Assembly: GCA_002104945.1 (NCBI GenBank)
Contig: MCFH01000064.1
Span: 231,663-295,662, forward strand
From: Piromyces finnis finn
Taxonomy: Eukaryota > Fungi > Neocallimastigomycota
Direction: 5' to 3'
Length of the DNA: 64,000 nt
The notes under the pieces were generated by a model. That model worked only from the letters and a program-made list of their open reading frames with translations, made no database searches and was not told where the DNA came from. Shown here one piece after another: positions 1 to 12,738 of this stretch. The position numbers and the translations under genes are program-made. The stretch's first letter is position 1; each line of letters starts with the position of its first letter.

Positions 1-855
1 ACCAGTTGAGTTTTGTTAAAATTGATTTTTATTTTAAAAACAAATTTATTTTGAACTTTACGAAAATAAATTCAATCCATTTGCAACACAAATTCATCCT
101 ATATTTTTATGTGTTATTAAACTTATGGCAAATATGCTAAAATAAGCCATTCATTAATAGATCTTGGGTATTTTTTTTTTTACCCTTCATTAATTTGGAT
201 ATGACCAAAAAAACATTTAATTTACATTTTCAATTTTAAATTAATGATTTAATTAATATATACAATATTATATATTAAAGTATATTATTAGTAATTGCTT
301 AATGTATTTAAATCAAAATTTTAATATTTATCCAATGAAAAAAGGTAAAGTATTATATTTCTTTATTATAGTATATGTAAAAATTAAAATACTTTCATAT
401 TTATTCATGTATACAATTGTTAGCATAATATCATGTATTAATGTATTATGTATTATCAACATTCATTTATATTTAAAAAATTTGAATTTGTTTGTTGAGT
501 GATATTCAATATATAAATATTATATTGAGTTCATATATTTAATGTAATTTGATCTTTTATATAGATTTATTTTTAATTTTTTTTTTACCTCACTTATTAT
601 TACCTTTAGTTTTTTTTATAAAACTTTTTATATAAAAATTAAGAAGGTAAGAATTATTAAAAAAATGAAAGATTTAGATTAATGAATAAATGTTTTATTT
701 TATTTTGTTGTATATATATTTAAACAATATTTAAAAATATTTACTGTTAAAATCTATTTATTTAAAATGTAACATATTAAATAATTGAATTAATCTTTTA
801 TGAATTATATTTAAAGGTGTATTTTTCTTTTTTCTTTTTATTTTATTATTATTTC

Positions 856-890
<35 letters not shown>

Positions 891-1123
891 AATGTAGCTA
901 TATATTTATATATGTTTATATTACTTTTAATAGTGTATTGCGTATATTATTAATCCTTATATTATCAAATTCTTTATATATAAAGTTTTAGTTTAAACAA
1001 GTTATAAAAGTAAATTTTTTTTTTCTTAAAATTTAAACGTTTTCCACCCTGGCTAGAACAATTTTAAGGTTTGGGTGGTTCTCAGCCTCAAAATCATTAT
1101 CTTCAAGGTCTTTTACATGGACC

Positions 1124-2231
1124 ATGAATGAAAATGATTTGAATGTTGTAGCGTCCTTCACTAAGGTATATAATTTTTATAGTTATATTTATTTTTCTAG
1201 TAGATTAATAGTTATTATTATTAAAAAGAAAAAAGATAAAAAGTAAAATTATTTAAAATGAATTTGTTAAAATTAAAATTAATATTTTAACAACATTTGA
1301 AATTATTTAGAAATAAACTAGATTTGAATTTTTAGTTTATGTAATTATGTTAATTAAATTTATTTTTATATTATTGATTTACATTGTTAATAATTTATTT
1401 ATAGTGTGTTGAGGACCTCCGTTCCGGCAGTAAGAGAAACCATCGTATTAGACGTATTCGTCACCGTGCCCAAAAGCGCTCTCGTAAAAATAGAATTACT
1501 CAACAAACTGTTGAACCAACTATTGAAAAAATTGTTGAAAAACCAATTGAAAAGGAAGTTGTACTTCCAGTTAAAAAAGTACGATATAATTTTTATATTA
1601 AGATTTTATTATAAAATTTTATTCTAACATATTGATGTTTTAAAATAAATAAATAGGAAATCTCAGAAGTTGAAATCATTGTTGCACCAACTTTAAAAAG
1701 TTCAATAAATAACAATGACAACTTTGAAAAGGTTACTGTCCCAAAGGTTAAAAATATTAACACGTAAGTTCTTTAAAAATAAGTGTTTAAGTATATATTA
1801 TATAGAAAATAATTGTAAATCAATTATAATTTATTTAGAATTAAGAAGAAGGAAACTTCTAAGGTCAGAAATTCTCTTCCTTTAGTTGATCTTTGTCGTG
1901 ATAGACGTCGCCGTATTTCTTCAATTAAAAAGAACTCATCAGAAAATATCAGTAGAAATGATATTGCTTATGCACTTAAACCAAATTACTCAGTTAAAAA
2001 AACTGCTAAACAATCTTTTATGCCAACTTGGGCTAAATTCTCTCTTTCATGGGTAAATAATAAAATTAAATGTTATAAAATGTAGTAGATTAAAAAAATT
2101 TAGATTTTATTCTAATTAAAAAAATATATAATTTAATATAGAATAATGAAAGTAGTATTCTCGATTCTTTAAGAAACGTTAAAATTAATTCTCCTTTAAA
2201 TAATTTACCATTAATTACTCTCGCCGCATAA
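1124..2231 (+). CDS. Uncharacterised basic protein, 5 exons, ~208 aa
   Basis: Exons 1124-1165, 1405-1578, 1657-1763, 1839-2052 and 2142-2231 are joined by GT-AG introns with consistent phases. They give one open frame: MNENDLNVVASFTK/CVEDLRSGSKRNHRIRRIRHRAQKRSRKNRI...PTWAKFSLSW/NNESS...LITLAA*. The exons are GC-richer than the flanking DNA. The start is uncertain (possible 5' UTR intron from ~646). No family recognised. Confidence 0.7.
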
Positions 2232-2255
2232 ATAATATAAATAAAAATAATAACA

Positions 2256-4031
2256 ATGAATGTAATATTAATAAATCTATAATGATTATATGTTTTATAT
2301 ATTTTAGTATTTTTTTTTCATGCATAATTTTAAATAACAATTATTGAAATTAATAATTTATCAATATAGAATAATATTAAGCCTACATTCGATGAAATCG
2401 TTGAATTGGTAAACTCTAAGAAGGGAAACACCATCCCTGTTTACCAAGAAATGTCAGCTGATATGTTAACTCCAGTATCTGCTTATCTTAAGATTTCTAA
2501 TGGTAAGAATTATTCTTTTATGTTAGAATCTATTGAAGGTGGTGAACAAATTAGCCGTTATTCATTTATTGGTGCTGGTATGTATTTTATTAAAATATAA
2601 ATAATTGAATTAATACTAATAGACATTGAATTTAATTATTAACTATTTTATAAAATAAAAGACCCATACAAGATTATTAGATCCGGAAAGGATGAAGAAT
2701 TAAAGGGTGATCCACTTGTTCATATTCAAAAAGAAATGGATAATATTAAATATGTTCCTCTTCAAGGACTTCCACAATTTACTGGTTAGTATAAATATAA
2801 AATTCTTAGTAAAAATATAAGTAATAATAAATATTAATTTAATATAAAATAAAATCAAAAAGGTGGTGCCATTGGTTACATTGCTTATGATTGCGTTCAA
2901 TATTTTGAACCAAGAACAGCTTGTGAATTAAAGGATAATATTGGTGTACCAGATATGATTATGCTTTTATGTAATACTTTGATTATATTTGATCACTTAA
3001 AGCATGTTGTTAAGGTTGTATCTCATATTAAAACTGAAGATAAGGATCTTTCAAAAGAAGAATTAAAGAAATTATATGATGAAGTTTCTTCTAAAATATT
3101 TAAGGTTATTGCTACTCTTCAAAACCCAGAAGTTCCAATTCCAGATCAAAAACCAATTATTTTAAATCAAAAACCAGAATCAAACACTGGAAAGGAAGGT
3201 TACGAAAGATTTGTTACCGAACTTAAGCGTCATATTATTGAAGGTGATATTATTCAAGCCGTTCCATCACAACGTATTAGTAAGAAGACTACTTTACATC
3301 CATTTAATGCTTACCGTCATTTACGTAGTATCAATCCATCTCCATACATGTTCTATATTGACTTAAAGGAATTCCAAATTGTTGGTGCTTCTCCAGAAAT
3401 GTTAGTAAAGGTTGATTCTGACAAGTATGTTCATAATCATCCAATTGCTGGTACTAGACCACGTGGAAAGACTCCAGAAGAAGATGAAGCTTTAGCTGTT
3501 GATCTCTTATCTGATGTTAAAGAATGTGCTGAACATGTCATGCTTGTTGATCTTGGTAGAAATGATATTAACCGTATTTGTCAACCAAACACTGTTTCTG
3601 TAACTTCTTTAATGCATATTGAAAAATACAGTCATGTTATGCATATAGTTAGTAATGTCATTGGTAAATTAAGAGATGATAAAACTAGTTATGATGCTTT
3701 CCGTTCCATTTTCCCAGCTGGAACATTATCCGGCGCACCAAAAATTAAGGCCATGGAATTAATTTATGAACTTGAAAATGAAAGACGTGGTGTTTATGGT
3801 GGTGCTGTTGGTCACTTTGATTACTCAGGTGCTCTTGACACTTGTATTGCTATCCGTACTATGGTATTTAAGGATGAAACCGTTTATCTCCAAGCTGGTG
3901 CTGGTATCGTTTATGATTCAGTTCCAGAAAAAGAATACCAAGAAACTTTAAATAAATTAATGGCAAATGTTACTGCTTTAGAAAACGCTGAAAAATTTTA
4001 TTATAATCAACAACAAGCTAACAAAATATAA
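2256..4031 (+). CDS. TRP2: Anthranilate synthase component I
   Basis: Exons 2256-2261 (ATG AAT micro-exon, inferred), 2370-2577, 2662-2784 and 2863-4031. Motifs: LTPVSAYLK, FMLESIEGGEQISRYSFIG, GGAIGYIAYD, NPSPYMFY, HPIAGTRPRG, EHVMLVDLGRND, FPAGTLSGAPK, RGVYGGAVG, AGAGIVYDS. Confidence 0.96.
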
Positions 4032-4067
4032 ATAATTAGTAATAAATAAGAACAGAATATATAAAAA

Positions 4068-6455
4068 ATGACTACATTATTAATTGATAATTACGATAGT
4101 TTTACATATAATATCTATCAATATTTATGCCAATTAGGCGCTAAAGTTGAAGTTTATAGAAATGATAAGATTACTTTGGAAGAATGCATTAAAATTAATC
4201 CAAGAAATGTTGTTATTTCTCCAGGTCCAGGTCATCCAGATAACTCTTCTGGTATTTCAAAGGAAGTAATTAAGTATTTTGAAGGCAAAATTCCTATTTT
4301 TGGTGTTTGTTTAGGTGAGCAATGTATGTATTCACTTTATGGTGGTACTGTTACCTATACTGGTGAAATTGTTCATGGTAAAACATCACCATTAACCCAT
4401 GATGGTAAAGGTGTTTTCTCTGGTATTCCACAAGGTGTTGAAGTAACTCGTTATCATTCATTATCTGGTGATCCAGATACTTTACCTGATTGTTTAGAAA
4501 TCACTAGTTGGACTGATAGTCGTAAGGTTATGGGTATTCGTCATAAGAAATATGTAATTGAAGGTGTTCAATTCCATCCTGAAAGTATTGCTAGTGAATA
4601 TGGTAAAACTTTATTAGCAAACTTTTTAAAGTGGGAAGGTGGTACTTGGGATTCTCTTAAGATTAGAGATGATTTAATTAATCCAATCAACGAACATATT
4701 CCAAGAAATTTAAGATCTAATACTAGTCATCAAGTTTCATTACCTTCTACTTCTGGTAAATCAGTTGAAAAGAAAGAGCAAACTATTTTAGAAAAAATTG
4801 CCGAACAAAGACGTATTGATGTATCTAAGGCTAAAGCAATTCCAGGAAGATCTTCTTACCATCTTGAAAAGAGTATTGCTTTAGGTCTTGCCCCACCAAC
4901 TATTGATTTCTATGAGAGATTAAAAAGAGGTACAAATCCAAATGATGATGTTGCTTTAATGGCCGAAGTAAAGAGAGCTTCTCCAAGTAAGGGTAATATT
5001 GATATTGTTGCTCATTCAGCTGCCCAAGCTTTAGTTTATGCTAAAGGAGGTGCTTCTGCTATTTCAGTACTTACTGAGCCAACCTGGTTTAAAGGAAACT
5101 TAAATGATTTGCGTGATGTCAGACAAATTTTAGATAAATTACCAGATAGACCAGCTATTTTAAGAAAAGATTTCGTTGTTGATAAATATCAAATTTTAGA
5201 AGCTAGATTGTGTGGTGCTGATACTGTTTTATTAATTGTTAAAATTTTAACAGATGAACAATTATCAGAGTTCATGGCCTTTGCTCGTACTTTATCTATG
5301 GAACCATTAGTTGAAGTCAACAATGCTGAAGAAATGGAAAGAGCTATTAAACTTGGTGCTAAGGTTATTGGTGTTAACAATAGAAATCTTCATACTTTTA
5401 ATGTTGATCCAAAAACTACAACAAGTCTTGCTAATATGGTTAATGTTAATAAGGATATCATTTTATGTGCTTTAAGTGGTATTAATTCTAGAGAAGATGC
5501 TGAAAACTATATTAATGCTGGTGCTAGAGGTATTTTAGTTGGTGAAGCTTTAATGCGCGCTGAGAATACTGATAATTTCATTAAGGAATTATTAGGTAGA
5601 GTTCCATCTTCTAAAAGTAAAAAGACTGTTGATGAAATTATAGAAGAAACATCAGGTGTTCAAAAACCACTTAAAAACAACAATACTTTAGTTAAGATAT
5701 GTGGTATCAAAAATGTTGAAGATGCTATAGCAACAGCTGAAGCTGGTGCTGATTTCATTGGTCTTGTATTCTTCGAAAAATCACCAAGATGTGTTACAGT
5801 TGAAAAGGCTAAAGAAATTGTTCAAGCTCTTAATAAATATAGAGAAGAAAAATATGGTCCATCTTCATTAACAATTAAATGTGAAATGCCATATCCTGGT
5901 GATGCTAGTTTATCTTCTTGGTTCAATACTACTTCTAAGATCATTAACTTAACATTAGAAAAATGTAAGCCACTTGTTGTTGGTTTATTCGTTAATGAAA
6001 CTTATGAATACATTAATAATATTGTTTCAGAGGTTGGCTTAGATATTGTTCAATTACATGGTAAAGAACCACTTGAATTAGCTCGTATGATTCCTGTTCC
6101 GGTTCTTAAGGCCTTAAGTATTGGACCAGAAGATACTGAAAAGGAAATCGTAGAGAATATTAGAAAAGGTAATGGTTTGAATTCAATGTTCTTACTTGAT
6201 ACTAAGGTTGTTAGAAGTGACATTCCAGGAGGTAATGGTGTTACTTTTAATTGGGATGCTGCTAAAGAAGTTAATAAGATTGTTCCATTCATGGTTGCTG
6301 GTGGATTAGATTCATCTAATGTTAAGAAGGCTATTGAAATTATGCATCCATGGGCTGTTGATGTTTCAAGTGGTGTTGAAAAGGCTAAAGGTGTCAAGGA
6401 CATTGAAAAGGTTAAAAAGTTTATTGATGATGTCAAATCTGTAAAGAATATTTAA
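4068..6455 (+). CDS. trpC: Trifunctional tryptophan biosynthesis protein (anthranilate synthase component II / IGP synthase / PRA isomerase; TrpG-TrpC-TrpF)
   Basis: Intronless 795-aa ORF. GATase motifs: LIDNYDSFTYN, ISPGPG, GVCLG, RYHSL, QFHPES. IGPS motifs: AEVKRASPSKG, SVLTEP, LRKDF, GVNNRNL. PRAI motifs: VKICGI, VQLHG, VAGGL, VDVSSGVE. Same architecture as Aspergillus trpC / Neurospora trp-1. Confidence 0.97.
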   Translation: MTTLLIDNYDSFTYNIYQYLCQLGAKVEVYRNDKITLEECIKINPRNVVISPGPGHPDNSSGISKEVIKYFEGKIPIFGVCLGEQCMYSLYGGTVTYTGEIVHGKTSPLTHDGKGVFSGIPQGVEVTRYHSLSGDPDTLPDCLEITSWTDSRKVMGIRHKKYVIEGVQFHPESIASEYGKTLLANFLKWEGGTWDSLKIRDDLINPINEHIPRNLRSNTSHQVSLPSTSGKSVEKKEQTILEKIAEQRRIDVSKAKAIPGRSSYHLEKSIALGLAPPTIDFYERLKRGTNPNDDVALMAEVKRASPSKGNIDIVAHSAAQALVYAKGGASAISVLTEPTWFKGNLNDLRDVRQILDKLPDRPAILRKDFVVDKYQILEARLCGADTVLLIVKILTDEQLSEFMAFARTLSMEPLVEVNNAEEMERAIKLGAKVIGVNNRNLHTFNVDPKTTTSLANMVNVNKDIILCALSGINSREDAENYINAGARGILVGEALMRAENTDNFIKELLGRVPSSKSKKTVDEIIEETSGVQKPLKNNNTLVKICGIKNVEDAIATAEAGADFIGLVFFEKSPRCVTVEKAKEIVQALNKYREEKYGPSSLTIKCEMPYPGDASLSSWFNTTSKIINLTLEKCKPLVVGLFVNETYEYINNIVSEVGLDIVQLHGKEPLELARMIPVPVLKALSIGPEDTEKEIVENIRKGNGLNSMFLLDTKVVRSDIPGGNGVTFNWDAAKEVNKIVPFMVAGGLDSSNVKKAIEIMHPWAVDVSSGVEKAKGVKDIEKVKKFIDDVKSVKNI

Positions 6456-6976
6456 TTTATAAACTAAAAACAAAAAAATATAATAAAAAGTAAAAAATTG
6501 GCATAAAGTATTAAAAAATAATAATACTAAAAATAGATGCATATAATTAAAAATTAAATAAGATGTTAAATATTAAATGTAAAATTATTAAAAAGAATTA
6601 AATTATAAAATAATCTTTAAAAACAAGTATTTATTATTGATACAATTAAAAATAATTAAAAATGTATTTTTTTTAATAAATTATTGAATAAACTTTACAT
6701 ATATATATATATATATAAACATTACTTCATTTTTTATTGCATTATAAGAAGGGATCTTATATACCTAAATATTTGAATATTTTCTTTATTTTTTATTAAT
6801 ATGTTTATTATAGAAATTAAAAAAAAATCATTATTAACCAATCACATTTAAAGTTATATTTTTTTCAGTTTTTTTTTTAAAATTAATTTTTTTTTTTTTA
6901 AAAATAAATATTATTATTTAAATAATAATTATTTATTCTTTATTTTATTAATAAATATTAATAAAATTTATTAAAA

Positions 6977-9900
6977 ATGGCAAGAAAAAAGGGAAATAGA
7001 AAACCAGTTCAAAAAAGTGAATTTTCAGATGAAGAAGATTTTAAAACTGGAGCTTCATTAAATCGTTGGGAAACTGCAGATGATGTTGAATTAGATTCCG
7101 AGGATGAATGTAAATTATTAAACCAATACAATTAAATTTTAATATTATCAGTAAAAATAATGTTACATTTAAATTGATAATTAATTTTCAATGTATTCCC
7201 AAATTTATCGTAGTAAATATTAATAATTTAAATTTGTTATATATTATTTTATTGGCATAATGATTTCATTAGTTCACAAACAACGTGAAATGATTGATTT
7301 AGGAGAAGATTATAATGAAGAAAGTGAAGAAGGTATATATAAGGAATAATTAAAATTTAAATTAAATAAACATTATTATTATTTAAAATACATTAAAACA
7401 TAAAATGTATTTTCTTATTAAGATATAAATAATATTAATAATTATTTGTTAATTTAATAAAATTTAATAAATTAAAAAAAAAAAAAAAATTAACAGAAGA
7501 AGGAAATGATGAAGTTTTTGGTTTAGATGGTGTTTCAAGTGATGAAGATGATGAAGAAGCTGATTTGGGTATTTACAAAGTTCAAAATAATGATGATATT
7601 ATTGAAAAAGAAAAATACAAAGGTAATTAAAATATTATATTTATACTTTTTGAATAAAAAAGTCAATTGTTTTATGAGAAATATATATATTGAGATTATA
7701 ATACAATAATAACAATAATATTAACAATAACAATAATAACAATAGAAATTGATGAAAAGGCTTGGGGTAAAAGAAGAAATACATATTATAATGCAGATGA
7801 TGCAGATGCAGATGATGAAGTTGCTAAAGAAGAAGAATATGAAGCTATTCGTTTACAAAAAGAAAGAATGGAACAATTGGATGAAGAAGATTTCTTAGAC
7901 GATAGTTTTGCAGCTCAATTATCAGGAAAATCAGGAATTGTAAATTTTAAAATAAAAAGCAAACATATAGGATTTATATATCTAAAAAAAAACATATTTC
8001 TTAAGAAGGGGAATTTATAAAAATTAATATAAATAATTTATATATATATTTTATTTGAAATTTATTATAGGATCTTGATATAGAAAAAGAAGAAGAAAGT
8101 GAAGAAGATGAAGAACAATTAGAAATTGCAAACAAAAATTTAAAAGCTAATATTTCAAAAATGTCTAAGGATGAACAATTATCAATAATTTTCAATCAAA
8201 CTCCGGAAATGTTAGAATTGATTGAAGATTACAAGGAAAAGTTAAGTGAATTAAAAGAAAAAATTATACCAATATTAAATATGATAGAAAAAGATGAAAT
8301 AAGAAATTCATTAGAAAAGAAAACTGTTAAATATCTCAAATTTAAATATCGTAAATATCTAAATCAATAATATTATTATATTTTTATATATAAACTTAAT
8401 TATGAAAATAAAAAAATATATATATTAAAATTTCCCCTTTTTTCAATATTAAAATTAAAATTATATATATATATTATTTATTTTGCATTTATCAAACATT
8501 TATATTTGCTATATAAAATTTTATGCAATTTAATTAATATTGCTTATTCAACGATAACTCATTATTTAATTAATTTAAACAAAAACATTTTGAAAGAACT
8601 TATCTTCTCATATTTAACAAACATTTCATTTTATTTGGTTTTAAGATCATCATCTTCAGCTAATAAAATAAAGGATCATCCAGTTATTAGTACTTTAGTA
8701 GACATTAAATTAATCTTAGATAAAGTTGAAAAGGAAGTTGAAGGAAAAGAAGAAGAAAAGAAAAAGAAAAAGAAGCGTAGTCAACCAAAAGAAAAAACGA
8801 TTATTGCAAAAATGATTGAAGAATTAGAAAGACAAGTAACTGAAGGTAGACCAAAGGATGATAGTGAAGAAATTTCTAAGAAATTATTAGCAGAAGTTCA
8901 TGAAGAATTTAGTAATGAAGAAGAAGAACAAGAAATTGAAGAAAATGAAGAAGAAAAGGATGAAGAAGAAGAAGAAGAAGAAACAATATCATCAATTCTA
9001 TCTGGTGAAAATAAGAAAAAGAATAAGAGTGGAAAACATGTTCAAATTTCTGAAGAAGTTCAAGAATATAGTGATAGTGATTATGAAGAAAGATTCATAT
9101 CCTTAAAAACTAATGATAAAAAATCAAAGAGTAAGAAGGAAAAGAAATCTGAAGACTTTAATGAAGCTAAGATTAATGAAGATGATGATGAATTTGATGA
9201 AGGTGATAAGAAGAAGAATAGTTTAAGATTCCATGCTTCTAATATTAATAAGGTAATTATAAAATTCATTTGATATTGATTAATCATATATAATCATATA
9301 TGTATAACATTATTTAAATATATATTTATTGTAATTCTTTGTAATTCATTTTTTATACAAATTTTTTAAACAATAAACATAATGATTACATAGACATTAA
9401 ATAAATTATCAGGAAAGAAATCCACTGGTGATTTAGATGTACCATATAAAAGAAAGGACAAGAAAGAAATTTCAGCAGAAGTTAAGAAGTCAAGAGAAAG
9501 TGCTGACGCTGATATATTTGATGATACCGATGATTTAGATCTTAACGAAGGTTTAGATTTAAATAGCAACTTAAGATCAAATAAGCGTCCAAGAGAAGAA
9601 GATGAAGAAATTGATAATGATTATGTTGATGACTTTGATGATGAAGATCTTAAATACTATGAAGATATTAACAATGCTTCTAAGGAAAAGAAGAGAATTA
9701 AGGAAGAAAACTTTAGAAAGATTAAGCAAGAATTATTAGAAGAAAGGTAATTTTACTTTAAAAAGATATTTTATAAAATGCAATTTAATTTGAGCATATA
9801 TAATTTATAAAATTTATGTTCGAGTGTTAATATATATATTTTTAAATTATTATTTCTATTATTACAGTATGATTGATGAAAATGATCTTGCTCCAGGTGA

Positions 9901-10129
9901 AAAGAGACACATTAATAGAACTATAGAAAAGAACCGTGGTTTGACTCCACACCGTAAACGTGAAAAGAAGAACCCACGTGTCAAGCATCGTAAGAACTAC
10001 GAAAAGGCAATGATTAAATTGAAGAGTTTCCGTCGTGTTGCTGTTAATAAGAATGATGTTGGTCCATATGCTGGTGAAACTACTGGTATTAAAACTAAAC
10101 TATCGAGAAGTGTTCGTTTCACCAATTAA
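6977..10129 (+). CDS. SAS10: SSU processome protein Sas10/Utp3, 8 exons
   Basis: Exons approx. 6977-7109, 7273-7332, 7497-7622, 7746-7939, 8071-8350, 8597-9252, 9394-9746 and 9868-10129. Acidic N-terminus; Sas10/Utp3 domain (YQLIFSYLTNISFYL, HPVISTL); C-terminal domain KRHINRTIEKNRGLTPHRKREKKNPRVKHR...YAGETTGIKTKLSRSVRF. Confidence 0.93.
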
Positions 10130-10721
10130 AACTAACTTATTCATTTTTAGTTGGCATAAGATTATAAGTTATTTTTTTATTATTATTATCATTATAATTT
10201 TTTTTTCCTTTATATTCAAACCATAATGAAATAAGAAAAGAATTTCAAAAAAAAAAAAAAAAAAAAAAATAAAAAAAAAAAAAAATAAAATTATTTTAAA
10301 TAATATTAATACTTTGAGCAATAATTATTTAAAGATAAATAACCAAAAACAAAAAAGTTTAAAATCTTTTTTTTTTTTTTTTTTTTTTTTAAATATTTAA
10401 AAGATTAGTAATAAAATGTTTTTTTTTTTTAATTTTATATAATCATTTTTTTTTCTTTCATTAAATTATAAATAAAGCAAATAATATAAAATACATCGAA
10501 TTATTAGCATGAATGAATTATTAATAAAGAATAATAAAAAATAATTAATATTATATATATAAAAAAGACAATTTTCAATTTTCAACTATAACTTTTTTTT
10601 TTTTTTTTGGATTTATACTAATAATACTATATAGTTATTTATTGATTAAATCGTTGTTTTAGTTTAAATTATTTTAGTAAAATTTCAATAATAATAACAA
10701 CACTAATAATTTTAAATTATT

Positions 10722-10754
<33 letters not shown>

Positions 10755-11374
10755 CTTTAGAAAAAGGTTTAACAATAATAATTCAATTGAATGAAAAGAA
10801 CTTATTAAACTTTGCAAGTATCATCTTACCCCAGGTTTTTATGAAATAATTTTGTTAGATTTATGAGGCTAAGTTCAATTGGAAGTCATATTTTTAGTAT
10901 ATTAGGGATCTTTCTTATTTTTTATTCATTTATAAATTAATAAATTAAAGGTTAAAAAGGTTTACTTTTATTTTAAAAAAAAATTTCTTACTAATATTAT
11001 ACTGATTATGATTTGTAATTTTTATACAATGATCGATTTGAATAAGTATTCTAGATACAGAATTAGACCAACTATTACTAGGAAGTTAGAGAAGAATTCC
11101 AAATTGAAGAATGAAATAATAATTATAATATCATACACAAGGATTTATTATCAAGTAATAAGAAAAATTAGAGGATTTTTCTTTCTCTTTATTCATTATA
11201 TAATTTTCTTTTTTTATATATTTTCAATTTTTATTTAAATATGTTTATTATAATAAAATTTCATATTACTAAAGTCTAGTCATTATAAAATTTCATATAT
11301 CATATACACTATATAATTTTAGTATATTATTTTTACAATCACCATGAATGAAACCTATATAATATCCCTTTCCT

Positions 11375-11482
11375 TTATCCTTTATGTGGTGAATCTTCAC
11401 ATGAATAATTTACTTCACATGAATGTCTAGCAAATGCAGTTGCTATTAAGAAAACTAACGATAATACGTACTTTAAATACAT
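11375..11482 (-). other. 35-codon ORF with a signal-peptide-like N-terminus (small secreted peptide or gene remnant)
   Basis: MYLKYVLSLVFLIATAFA-RHSCEVNYSCEDSPHKG*. It lies below the ORF-track length cutoff and is GC-richer than its flanks. Confidence 0.35.
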
Positions 11483-12651
11483 TTGGCAAATAAATTTATA
11501 TAGAATATAAGAAAGAATATTTCAATTTTTGAGAAATATATGTAACTATGGATGACAAAATGTTTATCATTAAAAATCAACAAATCAAAAATATACATTA
11601 AAAGAGGGTAATAAAGTATTAATGTATGACTGAATATTGAAATACCTTTTGATTTAATAAAATATTTTAAAAAGTTTCATTATTAAAAATAAAAGTTCGT
11701 ATTAAAATTATAATACTACTATTTTTATCTATATGTGACTTATAAACTATTATGGAATTATATAAATTAACATAATATAATAGTGTATCATGTAAATATA
11801 CTAAATGAAAATATACAGCTTTGTTTAAATTGTTAACAAAAATATAATTTAAGTTTAATATTAAAATATCAAACCATAATAACTATCAATTTAACATGCA
11901 CATAAAATTTTTATCCACAATTTATAAAAGCTTTACGAATAAATAAATTAGTATTTTTTTTAATAAAAATTTTCATATAAAAGAAAAGATGTACAATCCT
12001 TATTTAATTTTATTTATTATAAAATGTATATAATGAAAAAATAATATTCCATTAATAATTTTTATTGAAAATGATTGGATTAAATATTAATATCAATTTT
12101 TTTTTATGTGTGACAAAATATTAAAAATATTTTTGATTTCATTGAATATATAAACTATATTATATTTTGTTTTATAATATTTAAAGTTTATTAATATATT
12201 AAAATTATTAATATATGATAGCTATGAAAATTTAAAATACATGAAAAATTTTCTTTCTTATATACAATTTGTGGCTTGATTCTAGACCACTAAATATTTA
12301 ATACAAATACATTAAATTAATACAAATACATAAATTGATGGGTTTGTAGAACAATGTAATAAATTAATAATATAAATTTAATTTAATTCTTTTGGTTGTT
12401 AATAGAATATATTAAAAAGTTTTACCAAATAAATTAAATTTTTATCCAAAATTTATATATAAAAGTTTTATGGATAAATAAGTTAATAAAAAAAAATTTT
12501 TTTTTAAAATAAATTAGCTAAATGAATTAAATTAAATTTATATTAATAATTTACTTTGTATCAAGTTGCTCTAGAATTATAATTTAAGTTAGTTAATATT
12601 AAAGTTTTAATGAATAAGCTTATTATAAAAAGCATCTTTTTTTAATCAGTA

Positions 12652-12738
12652 ATTATAAATCGCTGATAACTGATTAATTAGAGAGCCTTTTTTATTTTTT
12701 GTTAATTATAAATCGCTAATTACTGATTAATTAGAGGG
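12652..12738. repeat. Imperfect ~37-bp direct repeat, 2 copies
   Basis: taattataaatcgctgataactgattaattagag and taattataaatcgctaattactgattaattagag. Confidence 0.7.

Noticed and set aside
302-502. 66-aa ORF at the window start
   Set aside because: AT-rich I/L/Y/N composition typical of noncoding DNA; no motifs or splice support.
1406-1627. 73-aa ORF in the track (GTG start)
   Set aside because: Off-frame reading of exon 2 of the spliced 208-aa gene.
5189-6436. Antisense ORFs inside trpC
   Set aside because: Shadows of codon bias on the opposite strand.
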